The position numbers were made by a program, and so were the translations under genes. The notes beneath the pieces were generated by a model. The model worked only from the letters and a program-made list of their open reading frames with translations, was not told where the DNA came from and did no database searches. A stretch of 64,000 bases of DNA from Andalucia godoyi And28. Its lineage: Eukaryota; Protista; Jakobida. This document shows positions 28,313-39,370 of this stretch, piece after piece (position 1 is the first letter of the stretch; every line of letters begins with the position of its first letter). Location: contig VRVR01000036.1 of assembly GCA_009859145.1 (NCBI GenBank), positions 21,584-85,583 on the forward strand. Direction: 5' to 3'.

Positions 28313-31300
28313 TTACTCGCGGGAGCGGACGCGCTTTGCTTTCCGTTGCACATCCTTCTTCCGATTCTTCTTCATCTTGGAAGCGGTGTGACGAGCAGGA
28401 TCCGCCACTGCCATTTCGGCCAACTCGCGTTTTCTTGACATCCGCTTTTCCGTGACCTCGGTTCGCGCAGTTTTGTACCAGTCCCACCACGTTTTGTCGT
28501 CGAGCTTCGTGGAAATCACCGACTTGGCCATTTCAATGAATTCGGAAAGAGACTCCTTGGCTGCAGTACTGATCTCTGTGTCGTCCTTGTCCGACACAAT
28601 GACAACAGACGGCAGCATGGTACGAACCCAAGTCATGTCGCTTGCGACATGCAGGAGAGCTGCCAACACTCGGCACCCATACAAAATATGTTCGCTGCGC
28701 ACAAATGGCTGTCTCCAGATATGGGATAGCGTGGAGAAACACGTGGTCCACTCCGCACTGTCCTGCTCCACAAGCTGCAGGAGCCCGATCACATTGCGAA
28801 TGGACTGTGGGGAACCATGAGCACTGTCATCTGCCTTTTCAAACAAGAACGCAGCGGCTTCTCGAGACACCACAGGAGAAAACACTGCAGAGTACTTTTT
28901 GGAAAGGATAAACCCGATCACCCGGTGTGTCTGATCCGCGACATCGGGGTGCTCGTGCATCAGCGAGCTGCACAGGAATCGAGAGAGCGCTGGAGTCTTG
29001 GCAATTTGCGACATTGTAGAGGCGGAAGCCGACGTGAAAACCTTCTCCAGCGCCCACAGACAAGAAACAACCACCGGAGTTGAATCTGAAAGAAACGCGG
29101 AATTCAGAGAGGCGATCACCTGCTTGAGAATTGCGTAATTGGCGCTGACTGTCGACGCCCAAACCAACGTGGCAGGCCACGACGTCGATGAATGATCGAG
29201 CAAGGAAGCCAAATCTTTCTCAATCAGAAGTTTGGGTGCTTTTTCTGCAATCAGACGCCCAACAGAAGCATAGCTGTTTTCCCGAAATGACGACGTTTCC
29301 TCGACTTTCACAGACGTCCATTTGACATAGCCAGCAAGGACAGAGTGCCAAGGGATGTCTTCGACAGAAGACGCCTTCTCAATCACAAGTGCAAGGAGAG
29401 AAGGGACTTCGGGCGTCCGATCGTCCAGGCCACCCAGAACGAGCGTTTCCAAAGCAGCCTTCAGCTTTCCTTTCGGGAGCGGGAGTTCGATGAGAGCATG
29501 GTAAGCGGCTCTTGAGCATTCACGACCGACTTCTTTGGGAGTCGACGGGTTCACGAGGCGCTCGATCAGATCTTCGAGGATCCTCAAAACTCCAGAATGA
29601 GCGACTTTCAACGAAATCAAAGCACGATACAAACTCAGAGACTCCGTTGAGGGCAGATTAATGCGGACTAGCCCGATGAGTCTCTCGTCCAACTCAACGT
29701 GCTCAGAACACTTGCGAATCAACATGGCGAGAGACCCCATCGCCTCGTGTTTGACAAACAACCTTTGGAGCTTGTTCACTTGCGAAGATGACAATGGAAT
29801 GTTCTTGTCAACAAGATGAGACAAACAACGAAGGGACTCGGGAGATTGCACGGACAGGTTCAGCAAGAGCGGGAGGAACCCATACACCAAGGCGGCATCC
29901 AGCGGACAAGAGTGCAACAGCCCGTCCAGGAGCGAGACACCAAACTCCAACACAATTCCCTGCATGTTCGAGTTCGTTGTCATGGAAGACACGGCACCCT
30001 TCTGGAAAAGAGCACCGGGATCCATTTCCACCAGCCACACGTTTTGTTTTTCCAGCTTGGAGCGCAGATCTCCATGCGGCAGCGTTTGCATACCATTCTG
30101 CAAAATGACCCCATACACCCACGTGACTGCTCCTTTTCTTTCCGCGATGTCGGACGTCTTGCGAACGATTTCCACAATTCGCGATTGAACAGCCTGCAGA
30201 CCGTCACGTAAACGGTTTTCCATGGATGACACAAATGAAACTGCCAGCATCCGCTCAAAGACCATTCTCGATTGCTCTGTGGTCAATACGCAATTCTGCA
30301 GAAACTTCTGAAAACAAACTTTTGGTGCATCCATTGCGGCCTCATGAACGTCAACAAGCTTTCTCTGCTCTTCGAGCATGCGTTTGTTTGCATAATCGTC
30401 AATGCATATGTCCAGCAGCGTCTCTGAAAACTGAACGCAGCCCTTTTCAATCGCTTGCAGCAACGAAAAGGATCGGCAATGTGCGATGTACCCCATGGAC
30501 GGCAGCTTTTGCAGGCCACGCAGAAACGAAACATCCGATCCGCACAATGACACACATGACACGATCTTTGCATACAGTGCGTCACGGGCAGACTGGGAAC
30601 GGTTTCGCAATGCTCCTGTGAGTGTCGTAAAAAACCAATCAAACTCGGAACCGTCCTTTTGCAGGTAATTCAACAAATGACACAGAGGAAGACACAGTAC
30701 TGCAGCATACTTGCCAAACAGCGTCCGAATCCGTGGCCATGATTTTTCGGCAAGAGCTCGGATGGAGGGATCAGCGTGCTGGGGAAAACAGGAAACCAGA
30801 GCAGACAGCACATGCTCTTGCCCTTCAAAGGTACTGTCTTCTGCTTCGGAAATCTTTTCCAGCTTGGACAACGACGAAAACAAAGATTTCGAGATCACTT
30901 TGGAGCGTACATTTAGAAACACCGCAGAGGCAGTGGCGGACACTTTGGAAATCCAGTGGGTCTTCTTGGCACCCGCGCAATCCAAAAGCAGCCGCACGGA
31001 TAATGGAAAGATGACTTTTTGGATAACATCCTCCGGGAACTCCTTCAAGGACAGATCCAAAAACGCTTCAACGCGAGATGCCAACGATGCAGTATTAATT
31101 GCATGAAACCACCGAATTCCGGTAAGAGCGTGAGAGACTCTCAGTGCATATCTGGATCCACTGTCGTCAAATATCAATCGTCCGCACATCGACATCAATG
31201 TCTCGCGAGAATAGCTTCTTCCCTTCACGGATCGAAGCATGGAATCTGAAAGCAGCGAACGGGCATCCACAAGCGGATATGTCTCAAAATCCTTGGACTT

Positions 31301-34300
31301 CTCGATACAGGATGAAAATGTGAATTCCGCGTGGGCCAGCCAACACGGTGACAGGCACAAGCATGCATCGACTTTGTCGGTGTTCTGAAAGAAAGCTTGA
31401 AGGGGATCCATTCGCACATCATGAAGAGACAGGAGAATCGAGAATTCCGGTATTTGGAGGGAAAACGTCTGAATGCAGCGACGACGGATGTCAATGTCAA
31501 GCATGGTACGCAAGACTTTAGCAATTGAACATTCGTATTTTTCAAAAATTGCAGATGGAAATCGCTCAGAAAGATCCAAAAAACAGGAGAGAGAACCAGC
31601 GAATCGCAAGAAAGAGTTAAGAGACTGGCAAAGCCCGAGGACGTGATCCAACCTCAGGTCAGCATGCTTCGATATGTGGGAGATCAAGTCGAGGAACAGA
31701 GAGCGATCCGTCAGACTTACGAGAAGACGATTCACAATCAGATCCACATATTCAGAAGTAAGACTCAGTTTGGAAATGTAGTCTGACATGAGCTCAGCCA
31801 AAGCACGATAGTCCGAGAAATGAAGGTGGACAATCGGAATCATGTCAATAAGAAGTCGCAGAATGCGCTCCTCGCTGCAAAACACAGAAGGAAATTCTGA
31901 CAACACACTGAACACTTCAGGAGATTGGTCCTTGCTTCCGTCATGGGCAGAGTATGTCTCAGAAAATCGGGGAAGTCCCACCATATGTTGCAAAACGCGA
32001 TCCCTCAGAAGAGCAATCACATCGATCTTGGACAGCAATGAGGGGGTCTTGTTATTCACCAAGGCAACAGCCCGCAGACACCCTTTCATGTCCAGCTGCA
32101 ACGAAAGCAATAGAAGCTTCTCCCAGTCATCCTCCAACAAGTGCACAGACTCCTCCTTGGAGATGTCAACAAGATGATTGACAAAGCCAACTTTTTGCCT
32201 GTCTCGTTCAATGTGCAACATCTTTGCAACGAGAATAGAAGACAGCGAAGTTGGAGAAAACTTGGCGTATGTTCGAATGACAGACAGCTTCAATTTAGAA
32301 TTGGACGGATGGGAGAATTTGTTCCACAACAAGGAGCCACACACGCGCAAGATGACATCATCCGACTCAATAGCGTGGACGGGTAACAATAAAAGTTCCT
32401 CGCGGCCGTCTTCCAGAGTGCCAAAGAACAAGTCGCGATATGGCTTCAGTTTCTTCGCATAAGCAACAAACAGGCACTCTAGGGCTTCCTTTGCGAGAGA
32501 CTGATTCTCCAAAGCTGCAAAAAAGAAGGGATGCCCTTCTAAATGCTTCATATGGGTCAGAAGTGACAGTAAATCGCGCTGAACAACGGTCGGTATTCCG
32601 GTATCGCTCTCAGTCAAAAAGTGAATAATCTGCCGTTTGTGCACAAACGATTGATCGATGCAATCCTGATGAGACATCGCCATCAACAACACTTTCGACA
32701 AATGCTTGGTCACTTCTACAACCGAAAAAGCAAACTTTTCAGCAAAGAATGACCAAGACGACTCCCAAAACGCATCCGTCTTTCCTGCTATCGCAGCAAT
32801 GCAGACAGACAGTGGAACGGCCATGGTGGACAGCGGGACAAGACTCGCACCCAAAAATGCCCGGAGTACGCACTCAGAGTGTCTGCCGTCTGATGAAATC
32901 AGCGAGGGAACGAATGGTGTCCATTTTTGAATAACCAGCGGTCGCTGTCTCGAGGCGACAAACGCTTGTGATGAGTCGAAAACAGAGGTTACTTCAGAGA
33001 GATCCGTCCAAAACGAGGTGTTCCGGTCGTCACAGGCAGAGATGAGTTCGCAAGACAACGATCGAACATCTGCGTCTACAGAACAAAGATTCTCACAAAT
33101 AGCAGAATAGAGATCGGACGCGATTGCGGTGAAAGAGAGCGTAGAATTCTGGATCACAGTGGCCACGCCTCGCAACAGCGCGGCAGAGCTCGGATACTTG
33201 CAGATGTACGTCAAAACATGGGACGGTGACAAATCAAACAGCAAAGAATGAGAGTCCAAGTTGACGACCGCAGAGATTGCATTCCCAAGTTGGTCTTCAC
33301 TGAGATCTCGTCGGAGTAGTTCCTGAACAAGTTTTGAAAATGGCTTGTGTTCCCTGAGGGACAATCGAGGAAGAAGACCAAGAAATGGAATCAAGTCATC
33401 AGCAGTTGCCACAGAGAGTTTGATGGGCAGTCCGACGACAGTGCCTTCAAATGCTGACCAGTGCTCCAGAAACACTGACTGATGATGAGCATAAAGTTCC
33501 AGGGCGAAATCCCGAGACGAACGAAGTTTCTCTGGAACAAATCCCAAATACGCAGCAATCCTGGATGCCACGGGCAATGGCAATGTATCTGCAACGACCT
33601 CGAAGAACTCTGGACAGACTGTGCGTTCGTCCACAGAGGCACTCCATTCGTGGACGATCCGCTCATCCCAGGCTTTTCTGAAAATGGAGCGTTTCAAAAG
33701 AACCGCCAACAACTTGAACATTGATTGGATCACCAATTGCTGAAGCAGAGGCATTACGCCCTCTTCCTCATGGCTAATCTCCTCCATCAAAACCACACAA
33801 ACCTTCTCAGCTTCGGGAAACGGCATGTCCATCCAGATTGAAAACAGCGTTCGAAATTTGCTGTGTACTCTCCCTTGCACCCCGATCATCCCGTACGCAA
33901 CCATCAGCGGAAATGCTTCTCCGAGGCCCAACTCCCTGACCAGCGACAATTTCGATGGTTCCAGTTGCACAAAGAACGAGCGAAAAGCCTTTGCTGCAAG
34001 AACCTGTAATCGCTCCACAGCATCCGACGCCCAATACTTGAGCAGTTTGGACAGCAAGCTCTTCAGCGTATCCACTGTCATTTTTTTTCGAATGCACACG
34101 CTTAGGAGAACCTGCGATGTCTGCAAAACAGCTTCGCACAAGTCCAGAAAATCAGTAAGGCCCGAAAAATCAATTGTGGAATATCGAGTGACGAGCGATG
34201 ACCACGGATCCAACTCCATCTCATTTTCCATCTCAAAGATAAATACTCTAAACGCGCTCAGTATGCTGTTTAGCGACGTGTGCTTCTCCACAACCGCCTT

Positions 34301-34588
34301 TTCGACAAATGACAAGAAATGATCGATCAGTTTTGGCAACACGAACTTCATCGCATCTTTGTCGCGCGACACAAACCGAACTGGACGCGCAAACGACACG
34401 TACAGCGGAGCCAAGTCCAGGTCCTCCAGCCGTTCTAACTCATCAAACAAGCTCTGCGATGCAACCGTGATTTTGCGCGACAATGCCGGATTCGTCGCTT
34501 TTGTCGCCTCCGACAACGTCCTATGCACATACCGATTTGCTTCTCGAGAAGACGCAAACTCGGGATTGAACTGCGTAAGCGGATCCAT
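28313..34588 (-). CDS. UTP20: U3 snoRNP-associated HEAT-repeat protein UTP20, about 2090 aa
   Basis: Long helical-repeat protein; PSMGYIAH resembles the conserved RGYQxH block; the basic C-terminus KRMSRKRELAEMAVADPARHTASKMKKNRKK is characteristic of UTP20. Confidence 0.78.
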   Translation of the reverse strand: MDPLTQFNPEFASSREANRYVHRTLSEATKATNPALSRKITVASQSLFDELERLEDLDLAPLYVSFARPVRFVSRDKDAMKFVLPKLIDHFLSFVEKAVVEKHTSLNSILSAFRVFIFEMENEMELDPWSSLVTRYSTIDFSGLTDFLDLCEAVLQTSQVLLSVCIRKKMTVDTLKSLLSKLLKYWASDAVERLQVLAAKAFRSFFVQLEPSKLSLVRELGLGEAFPLMVAYGMIGVQGRVHSKFRTLFSIWMDMPFPEAEKVCVVLMEEISHEEEGVMPLLQQLVIQSMFKLLAVLLKRSIFRKAWDERIVHEWSASVDERTVCPEFFEVVADTLPLPVASRIAAYLGFVPEKLRSSRDFALELYAHHQSVFLEHWSAFEGTVVGLPIKLSVATADDLIPFLGLLPRLSLREHKPFSKLVQELLRRDLSEDQLGNAISAVVNLDSHSLLFDLSPSHVLTYICKYPSSAALLRGVATVIQNSTLSFTAIASDLYSAICENLCSVDADVRSLSCELISACDDRNTSFWTDLSEVTSVFDSSQAFVASRQRPLVIQKWTPFVPSLISSDGRHSECVLRAFLGASLVPLSTMAVPLSVCIAAIAGKTDAFWESSWSFFAEKFAFSVVEVTKHLSKVLLMAMSHQDCIDQSFVHKRQIIHFLTESDTGIPTVVQRDLLSLLTHMKHLEGHPFFFAALENQSLAKEALECLFVAYAKKLKPYRDLFFGTLEDGREELLLLPVHAIESDDVILRVCGSLLWNKFSHPSNSKLKLSVIRTYAKFSPTSLSSILVAKMLHIERDRQKVGFVNHLVDISKEESVHLLEDDWEKLLLLSLQLDMKGCLRAVALVNNKTPSLLSKIDVIALLRDRVLQHMVGLPRFSETYSAHDGSKDQSPEVFSVLSEFPSVFCSEERILRLLIDMIPIVHLHFSDYRALAELMSDYISKLSLTSEYVDLIVNRLLVSLTDRSLFLDLISHISKHADLRLDHVLGLCQSLNSFLRFAGSLSCFLDLSERFPSAIFEKYECSIAKVLRTMLDIDIRRRCIQTFSLQIPEFSILLSLHDVRMDPLQAFFQNTDKVDACLCLSPCWLAHAEFTFSSCIEKSKDFETYPLVDARSLLSDSMLRSVKGRSYSRETLMSMCGRLIFDDSGSRYALRVSHALTGIRWFHAINTASLASRVEAFLDLSLKEFPEDVIQKVIFPLSVRLLLDCAGAKKTHWISKVSATASAVFLNVRSKVISKSLFSSLSKLEKISEAEDSTFEGQEHVLSALVSCFPQHADPSIRALAEKSWPRIRTLFGKYAAVLCLPLCHLLNYLQKDGSEFDWFFTTLTGALRNRSQSARDALYAKIVSCVSLCGSDVSFLRGLQKLPSMGYIAHCRSFSLLQAIEKGCVQFSETLLDICIDDYANKRMLEEQRKLVDVHEAAMDAPKVCFQKFLQNCVLTTEQSRMVFERMLAVSFVSSMENRLRDGLQAVQSRIVEIVRKTSDIAERKGAVTWVYGVILQNGMQTLPHGDLRSKLEKQNVWLVEMDPGALFQKGAVSSMTTNSNMQGIVLEFGVSLLDGLLHSCPLDAALVYGFLPLLLNLSVQSPESLRCLSHLVDKNIPLSSSQVNKLQRLFVKHEAMGSLAMLIRKCSEHVELDERLIGLVRINLPSTESLSLYRALISLKVAHSGVLRILEDLIERLVNPSTPKEVGRECSRAAYHALIELPLPKGKLKAALETLVLGGLDDRTPEVPSLLALVIEKASSVEDIPWHSVLAGYVKWTSVKVEETSSFRENSYASVGRLIAEKAPKLLIEKDLASLLDHSSTSWPATLVWASTVSANYAILKQVIASLNSAFLSDSTPVVVSCLWALEKVFTSASASTMSQIAKTPALSRFLCSSLMHEHPDVADQTHRVIGFILSKKYSAVFSPVVSREAAAFLFEKADDSAHGSPQSIRNVIGLLQLVEQDSAEWTTCFSTLSHIWRQPFVRSEHILYGCRVLAALLHVASDMTWVRTMLPSVVIVSDKDDTEISTAAKESLSEFIEMAKSVISTKLDDKTWWDWYKTARTEVTEKRMSRKRELAEMAVADPARHTASKMKKNRKKDVQRKAKRVRSRE

Positions 34589-34959
34589 GCTGCCTCCCAA
34601 ACGTACAACCAATCAAAAAAAGACTATACATCTAATTGAAGAAAAAGAATGATAATAATATTTTTTTTAAAACCAAAAACCATCCTGCTTGTTCGTGCTT
34701 GTCTGTTTGCTGCTCTTCCTTATTGTGCCGTCGATTCCTGTAGTTTGTAAAAAACCTCCTCCGTTCAAGAGCGAAACAGAATGGAAAGCACGGCAAGCGT
34801 CAATCGATGCAACCCCGAGTCTCCGGTCCCGCCCACCCACACACCTCTCACGCCTTGCGCCGACGTCCAAAATAACAACAACGCCGCTGTACGAGTGTGT
34901 TTCTCTTTTTGTGTTTGTTTGCTAAGTGTACTGTTTATTGTTTGATTGTTTGTTTGGTT

Positions 34960-35018
<59 letters not shown>

Positions 35019-35019
35019 G
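34960..35019. repeat. (GTT)n microsatellite immediately 5' of the ATG at 35025
   Basis: Direct reading. Confidence 0.95.
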
Positions 35020-35024
35020 AAAAG

Positions 35025-37088
35025 ATGGCTGCTGTTCAGGATTCGTCGTTTCAGAATGATGATGATCGACGGGCGTCGTCGATCTTTGGGGCGTCGATGG
35101 CGTCGCCTGCAGCGGGGCGTGCGTTTTCAGTGCGTGAGCAGGAAGAGGAAGTTGAGAAGATGCGCAAGACGAACTTTGAGCTGAAGCTCCAGATTTACCA
35201 CTTGCAGAATGAGATTCAGGAGAGAGATGCGGTGCTTGTGAAGGCTCGTGCAGCAATCTCGAAACTGTCTGGTGCACAAGCGATGACAGACTCATCGGCG
35301 GCGGCGGCGCAGTCGGCGGCGATTGAGGAAGGGCTGAAACACCGCATTGAGGAGCTTGAGCGGCGGTTGGTGGATGCTGACGAGCGGTACAGAGGCCGCA
35401 CGGAAGAGTTGGTGGGGTCTCGCGAAACCATCCAGCGGCTGGAGCAGGCCATCGAGCGTCTGCGAGCGTCTGTGCATCAGACGGACGAGATTTCATCCGT
35501 GTCTGCGCGGCTTAGGGCGTGCGAAGACGAGTTGCGGAGGCGTGAGGAGATGATGCTCCAGAAGGACAGGTTCATTGCAGAGTGCCAGCGCAGGACATCC
35601 GAGCTGGAGCGTGCGTTGGAGGCTGTTCGTGGGGAGAAGAAGGCGCTGGAGAATGCAGAGGAGGCGCGAAGGACAGTTACAGAGCGGTCGGCTGGCGAAT
35701 GGAAGGACAAGCTTATGCTCGTCGAACAAGAGTACAATCAGCGACTGAGCTCTTTGCAACAAGAACTCGTTGGTCGGTTTGAAGACAAGGTGAAGTCACA
35801 GCGTACCGAGTACGAAGCCAAACTGCTGGTGATGGAAAGCCGATTGCGCGAGCAAGAGAGGCTCCACGATACCGCCTTGAATTCTGTGAAACAGGCGACT
35901 GCGTTTGAGATGAACCGGCTTCGTGAAGAGCACAACCGCGTTCTGCAGCAGTTGCATTCGGAGACGGCTCAGAAGCTTTCATGGACTCGCTCGGAAATCG
36001 AAAAGATGCGGACTGTTGCTTCCGAATTTGAGAGGACTCGTGGAGAGTTTGATAGTATGAAGGCAGAGGAAGACCGACTGCGTTCGGAGCTCGAGATTTC
36101 TCGATCCGTCGAGCGGGATCTTCGACTTGACTTGGACCGATTCAAGTCTGAGAATGATCGTTTGATGAGCCACGAGCGTGAATTCCGAACAGAAATTGAG
36201 CGATGCCGCTCAGAAATCGATCGGCTCCGTGCGATGGAACGAGAATTGCAAGACCGGCTTCGCGAAGAAGCAAGCAGCGTCGAAAAGCTCCAAAAGCGCG
36301 TAGACGAAGCGGAGGCGCGAGCGGTGAGATACTCCGAGTCGAATCGTCTGCTGATTATGGAGGTTGAAGAGAAACGGTCGTTGGCAGACAAGGTGAATTC
36401 CAAGTTTAATACTCTCCGAGGAGAGAACAGTCAGCTGAAGGAAGAGAACCGCCGATTGTCTGCACTCGCATCCCGGGCCGGCGACAGGACGGACGAGATT
36501 CGCCTTCTTTCAAGCACCTTGCATCAGATGCAGGAAAGTCAGCAAACAGTCATGCACGAACTGCATTCCAAAGTTTCTTCGTTGCATTCACAAGCTGTCC
36601 GGCTTACGGACTGGGCGCTGCGCTTGAACAGCAGCAACACAGCCTCTGCAAACTCGCAGCTTGATGCTCTTGAAGCACAGTGTCGATCTCTATACCGCTC
36701 GTCTTCCGAGCTGGCGTCTTCTCTGGCAGTGACAGATCGTGCACGGCATGAGGAGTTTGTTCAGGTTCGGGAATTGTTGCGATCACTGCTTGCGAATACA
36801 GCGTCCCCGATGCGGTCACACGCCACAGACTCTCTCTTCGTGGAACCATCGCCGCTGGCCTCGGGCGCTCCGAAGGACTTTTTGTTGGATGATCCGCTTG
36901 CTTCATCGGCAGGGCGCGACAACGTGACGCGGCGGTTGCAAGATAGCTTTGGAACTCCGGTGAGCGCAAGCATGGATGGTGTCTCTCATCCGTCCTATGA
37001 TATGAACACCAAGATTGACGAAGAACTCCGTCTGCTCAAGGACCGTCTGCACCATCTCTCTAACTCGCCTGCGCTGAAGGATTCTTGA
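35025..37088 (+). CDS. Coiled-coil protein with N-terminal centrosomin motif 1 (CM1; CDK5RAP2/Cnn/Mto1-like gamma-tubulin complex receptor)
   Basis: FSVREQEEEVEKMRKTNFELKLQIYHLQNEI matches the CM1 pattern (REQ...ENFxLKLxIxxL), followed by about 500 aa of heptads. Confidence 0.8.
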   Translation: MAAVQDSSFQNDDDRRASSIFGASMASPAAGRAFSVREQEEEVEKMRKTNFELKLQIYHLQNEIQERDAVLVKARAAISKLSGAQAMTDSSAAAAQSAAIEEGLKHRIEELERRLVDADERYRGRTEELVGSRETIQRLEQAIERLRASVHQTDEISSVSARLRACEDELRRREEMMLQKDRFIAECQRRTSELERALEAVRGEKKALENAEEARRTVTERSAGEWKDKLMLVEQEYNQRLSSLQQELVGRFEDKVKSQRTEYEAKLLVMESRLREQERLHDTALNSVKQATAFEMNRLREEHNRVLQQLHSETAQKLSWTRSEIEKMRTVASEFERTRGEFDSMKAEEDRLRSELEISRSVERDLRLDLDRFKSENDRLMSHEREFRTEIERCRSEIDRLRAMERELQDRLREEASSVEKLQKRVDEAEARAVRYSESNRLLIMEVEEKRSLADKVNSKFNTLRGENSQLKEENRRLSALASRAGDRTDEIRLLSSTLHQMQESQQTVMHELHSKVSSLHSQAVRLTDWALRLNSSNTASANSQLDALEAQCRSLYRSSSELASSLAVTDRARHEEFVQVRELLRSLLANTASPMRSHATDSLFVEPSPLASGAPKDFLLDDPLASSAGRDNVTRRLQDSFGTPVSASMDGVSHPSYDMNTKIDEELRLLKDRLHHLSNSPALKDS

Positions 37089-37211
37089 TTTTCATGTGTA
37101 AATCAATCGTTATGTAACAATGCAAGATTTGGTATTTTTGCAACAATGAAACATTCGCGTGGTACGAGCAATTTTCGTTTTCTTTTTCATCATTACAACT
37201 AACCTAGTAGA

Positions 37212-37213
<2 letters not shown>

Positions 37214-37280
<67 letters not shown>
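37214..37280. repeat. (GA)n microsatellite
   Basis: Direct reading. Confidence 0.97.
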
Positions 37281-37283
<3 letters not shown>

Positions 37284-37398
37284 GGGACGGGATAGAAAAA
37301 CAAACAAGAGGTGCGAAAAATCGTGGATACGGTATTTTTGAGACAGCCAAGAACAGAACAGCAACAACAACCCCGGGAACATCCGCTCGGCAGAGACA

Positions 37399-39276
37399 TT
37401 ACGAGTCATCTTTTGAAGCCGTGCGGCGCTTTCGAGATGGGGGAACAGGCTTCCCCTTCAAGCCAAACTGTTTGGGAACTTTGCCGCGCTGCAGCCAGTC
37501 GATGCCACGCATCAATCCACTCATGTTTTCCTCGTCAAGTTCCTGCGCGGCGGAAACGGCAGTCGGAGAGGCAGCAGAGGGGGTAACGGGTGACGGACTT
37601 CCAGTATCAAACGCCAGTCCACCTTGAGGACTCGCTCCAACAGGAGACCTGTTCAGCACGCAGCCGCCGCCGCCTGGAGCGATGACTGGGGTTGGGCTCC
37701 CCGCGATCGAGCCACCTGGAGGAAACATCGACTGAGTGCCGAACCCAGAAGAAGCCGCTGATCCATACACGTAGTGGGAAGGAGATGCGATCTGGCCAGC
37801 AGAGCCCGTAGGAGACGGTCCGCCCACGGGCGAACTTTGCGCGCCTTGCGACGGTGACAATGCATATGTACCACCCCAATACGCCGGGCCAGCAGGAGCA
37901 TTTTGACCATATGTGCCGGGATGCGATGGAGAAACATGATGCATGTTCGTGTGTGCGTACGGGTACGGATGTGCGTGCGAGTGCGCGTGCGCGTGCGGGT
38001 TTGAGTGAGAAGAATACATCGATGCGGGATAGGAAGACATTTGCGACACTTGAGAATGTGGAAAGTGCGAAGAAGGAGGGTGTAGACCTGCATGGGAATG
38101 CGCAGTCGGATACGCATGAAGGGTCCACGGATACGCTCCTGCATTCGGCGAAACCTGCGGATGCTGATGCTGATGCTGATGATGCTGATGCATGGAGGAC
38201 ACCCCTGCGCCTCCTCGGAAAGGAGCAGCAGAAGGGGGGAGCGACACGCCTCTTCGTGCTCTCGTAGCGTTCGCATTGGATGCGAACGCGGAGTCACCAC
38301 CCGCAATGACTACATGGTCAGAGAACGACACCTGCACTCCCTGTCTCGGCGGTGCGCTCGGTGCCGCTGCAGGACCGTGTACACTGTAGCTGGGTCCGGT
38401 CGCTCCAGCATTGTACAGACCCGTCGATGATGCAGACGACGTCGACGTGGATGTGGACGTGGAGGGGGTGGATGCATCGGGGCTTGAGGAGCCGACAACA
38501 CTCAGCGCTTGCATAGACGGCACAAGCGGTGAAGCAGAACGGAGGCCTGCGGATTGATTTCCGTACGCTGAGCCACTCTCTGCAGCGTGCTGACCCCCTG
38601 GTGGTGACGATGACGACGACAAGAACAGGTGGGACTGCGGCTTCGAAGTATTGCTATTCATCGACGACGCTGTAGTAATTGTTGCGGTAGATGCCCCAGA
38701 AGCCAAGATGGTGGCGACTTGATTTGCATTGGTGAGAATAGCCTGTTGGGAAAGCGTCAGTGACTGCGGACGCGAGCCATGATACGTGTTTCTCCGAGGA
38801 CGGCCTTGAGAATCGGGCGCAGCCGATGCCGACGACAGAAACAGTGACTCGGCACCATCGGCCATAGAAGACACGGAAGTCGGAGAAGAACAGGAAGCAG
38901 AAGACAGCTGCGGACCATCCACAATGTCCTGGATCGTCGGCATCCGAAGCGACGACTGCGACGAAATCGACGACGCACGAGACCTTCCTTCATTATCACG
39001 GTACGCCTTTTGCGGCCGGTCGCTCTCCTCGGGTCCAAACTCATCAGACAGCGCAAGCGAGTTTGTAGACGAAGCATACGGAAGAAACGAAGACGATGCA
39101 GCTGTCACCCCTCCAGTCCCTCCTGGAATCTTCGAAACGCACGATGAAGACGCGGAGTGCATCGAGTCGGCCGTTGCACACAACGGTAGAAACGACGCCG
39201 TGTCTTTTGGTCCGTTTGAAAACGACCGACGACGAGTCTGCCGCTCAAGCTCCTCGAGCGAATTCGTAACATTCAT
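37399..39276 (-). CDS. Low-complexity Ser/Pro/His/Gly-rich hypothetical protein
   Basis: About 625-codon frame from ATG 39276; predicted disordered except a short C-terminal block ELDEENMSGLMRGIDWLQRGKVPKQFG and basic RKRR. Confidence 0.75.
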   Translation of the reverse strand: MNVTNSLEELERQTRRRSFSNGPKDTASFLPLCATADSMHSASSSCVSKIPGGTGGVTAASSSFLPYASSTNSLALSDEFGPEESDRPQKAYRDNEGRSRASSISSQSSLRMPTIQDIVDGPQLSSASCSSPTSVSSMADGAESLFLSSASAAPDSQGRPRRNTYHGSRPQSLTLSQQAILTNANQVATILASGASTATITTASSMNSNTSKPQSHLFLSSSSSPPGGQHAAESGSAYGNQSAGLRSASPLVPSMQALSVVGSSSPDASTPSTSTSTSTSSASSTGLYNAGATGPSYSVHGPAAAPSAPPRQGVQVSFSDHVVIAGGDSAFASNANATRARRGVSLPPSAAPFRGGAGVSSMHQHHQHQHQHPQVSPNAGAYPWTLHAYPTAHSHAGLHPPSSHFPHSQVSQMSSYPASMYSSHSNPHAHAHSHAHPYPYAHTNMHHVSPSHPGTYGQNAPAGPAYWGGTYALSPSQGAQSSPVGGPSPTGSAGQIASPSHYVYGSAASSGFGTQSMFPPGGSIAGSPTPVIAPGGGGCVLNRSPVGASPQGGLAFDTGSPSPVTPSAASPTAVSAAQELDEENMSGLMRGIDWLQRGKVPKQFGLKGKPVPPSRKRRTASKDDS

Positions 39277-39294
39277 GACTCCAAACAATGGCAA

Positions 39295-39370
39295 TTATAA
39301 TAACAACAAACGATTATAAGACAATAACTATAATAACAATAATAATAACAATAATAATAATAATAATAAT
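39295..39370. repeat. Imperfect (TAA/CAA)n tract
   Basis: Direct reading; lies just upstream of the ATG at 39276 (- strand). Confidence 0.85.
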
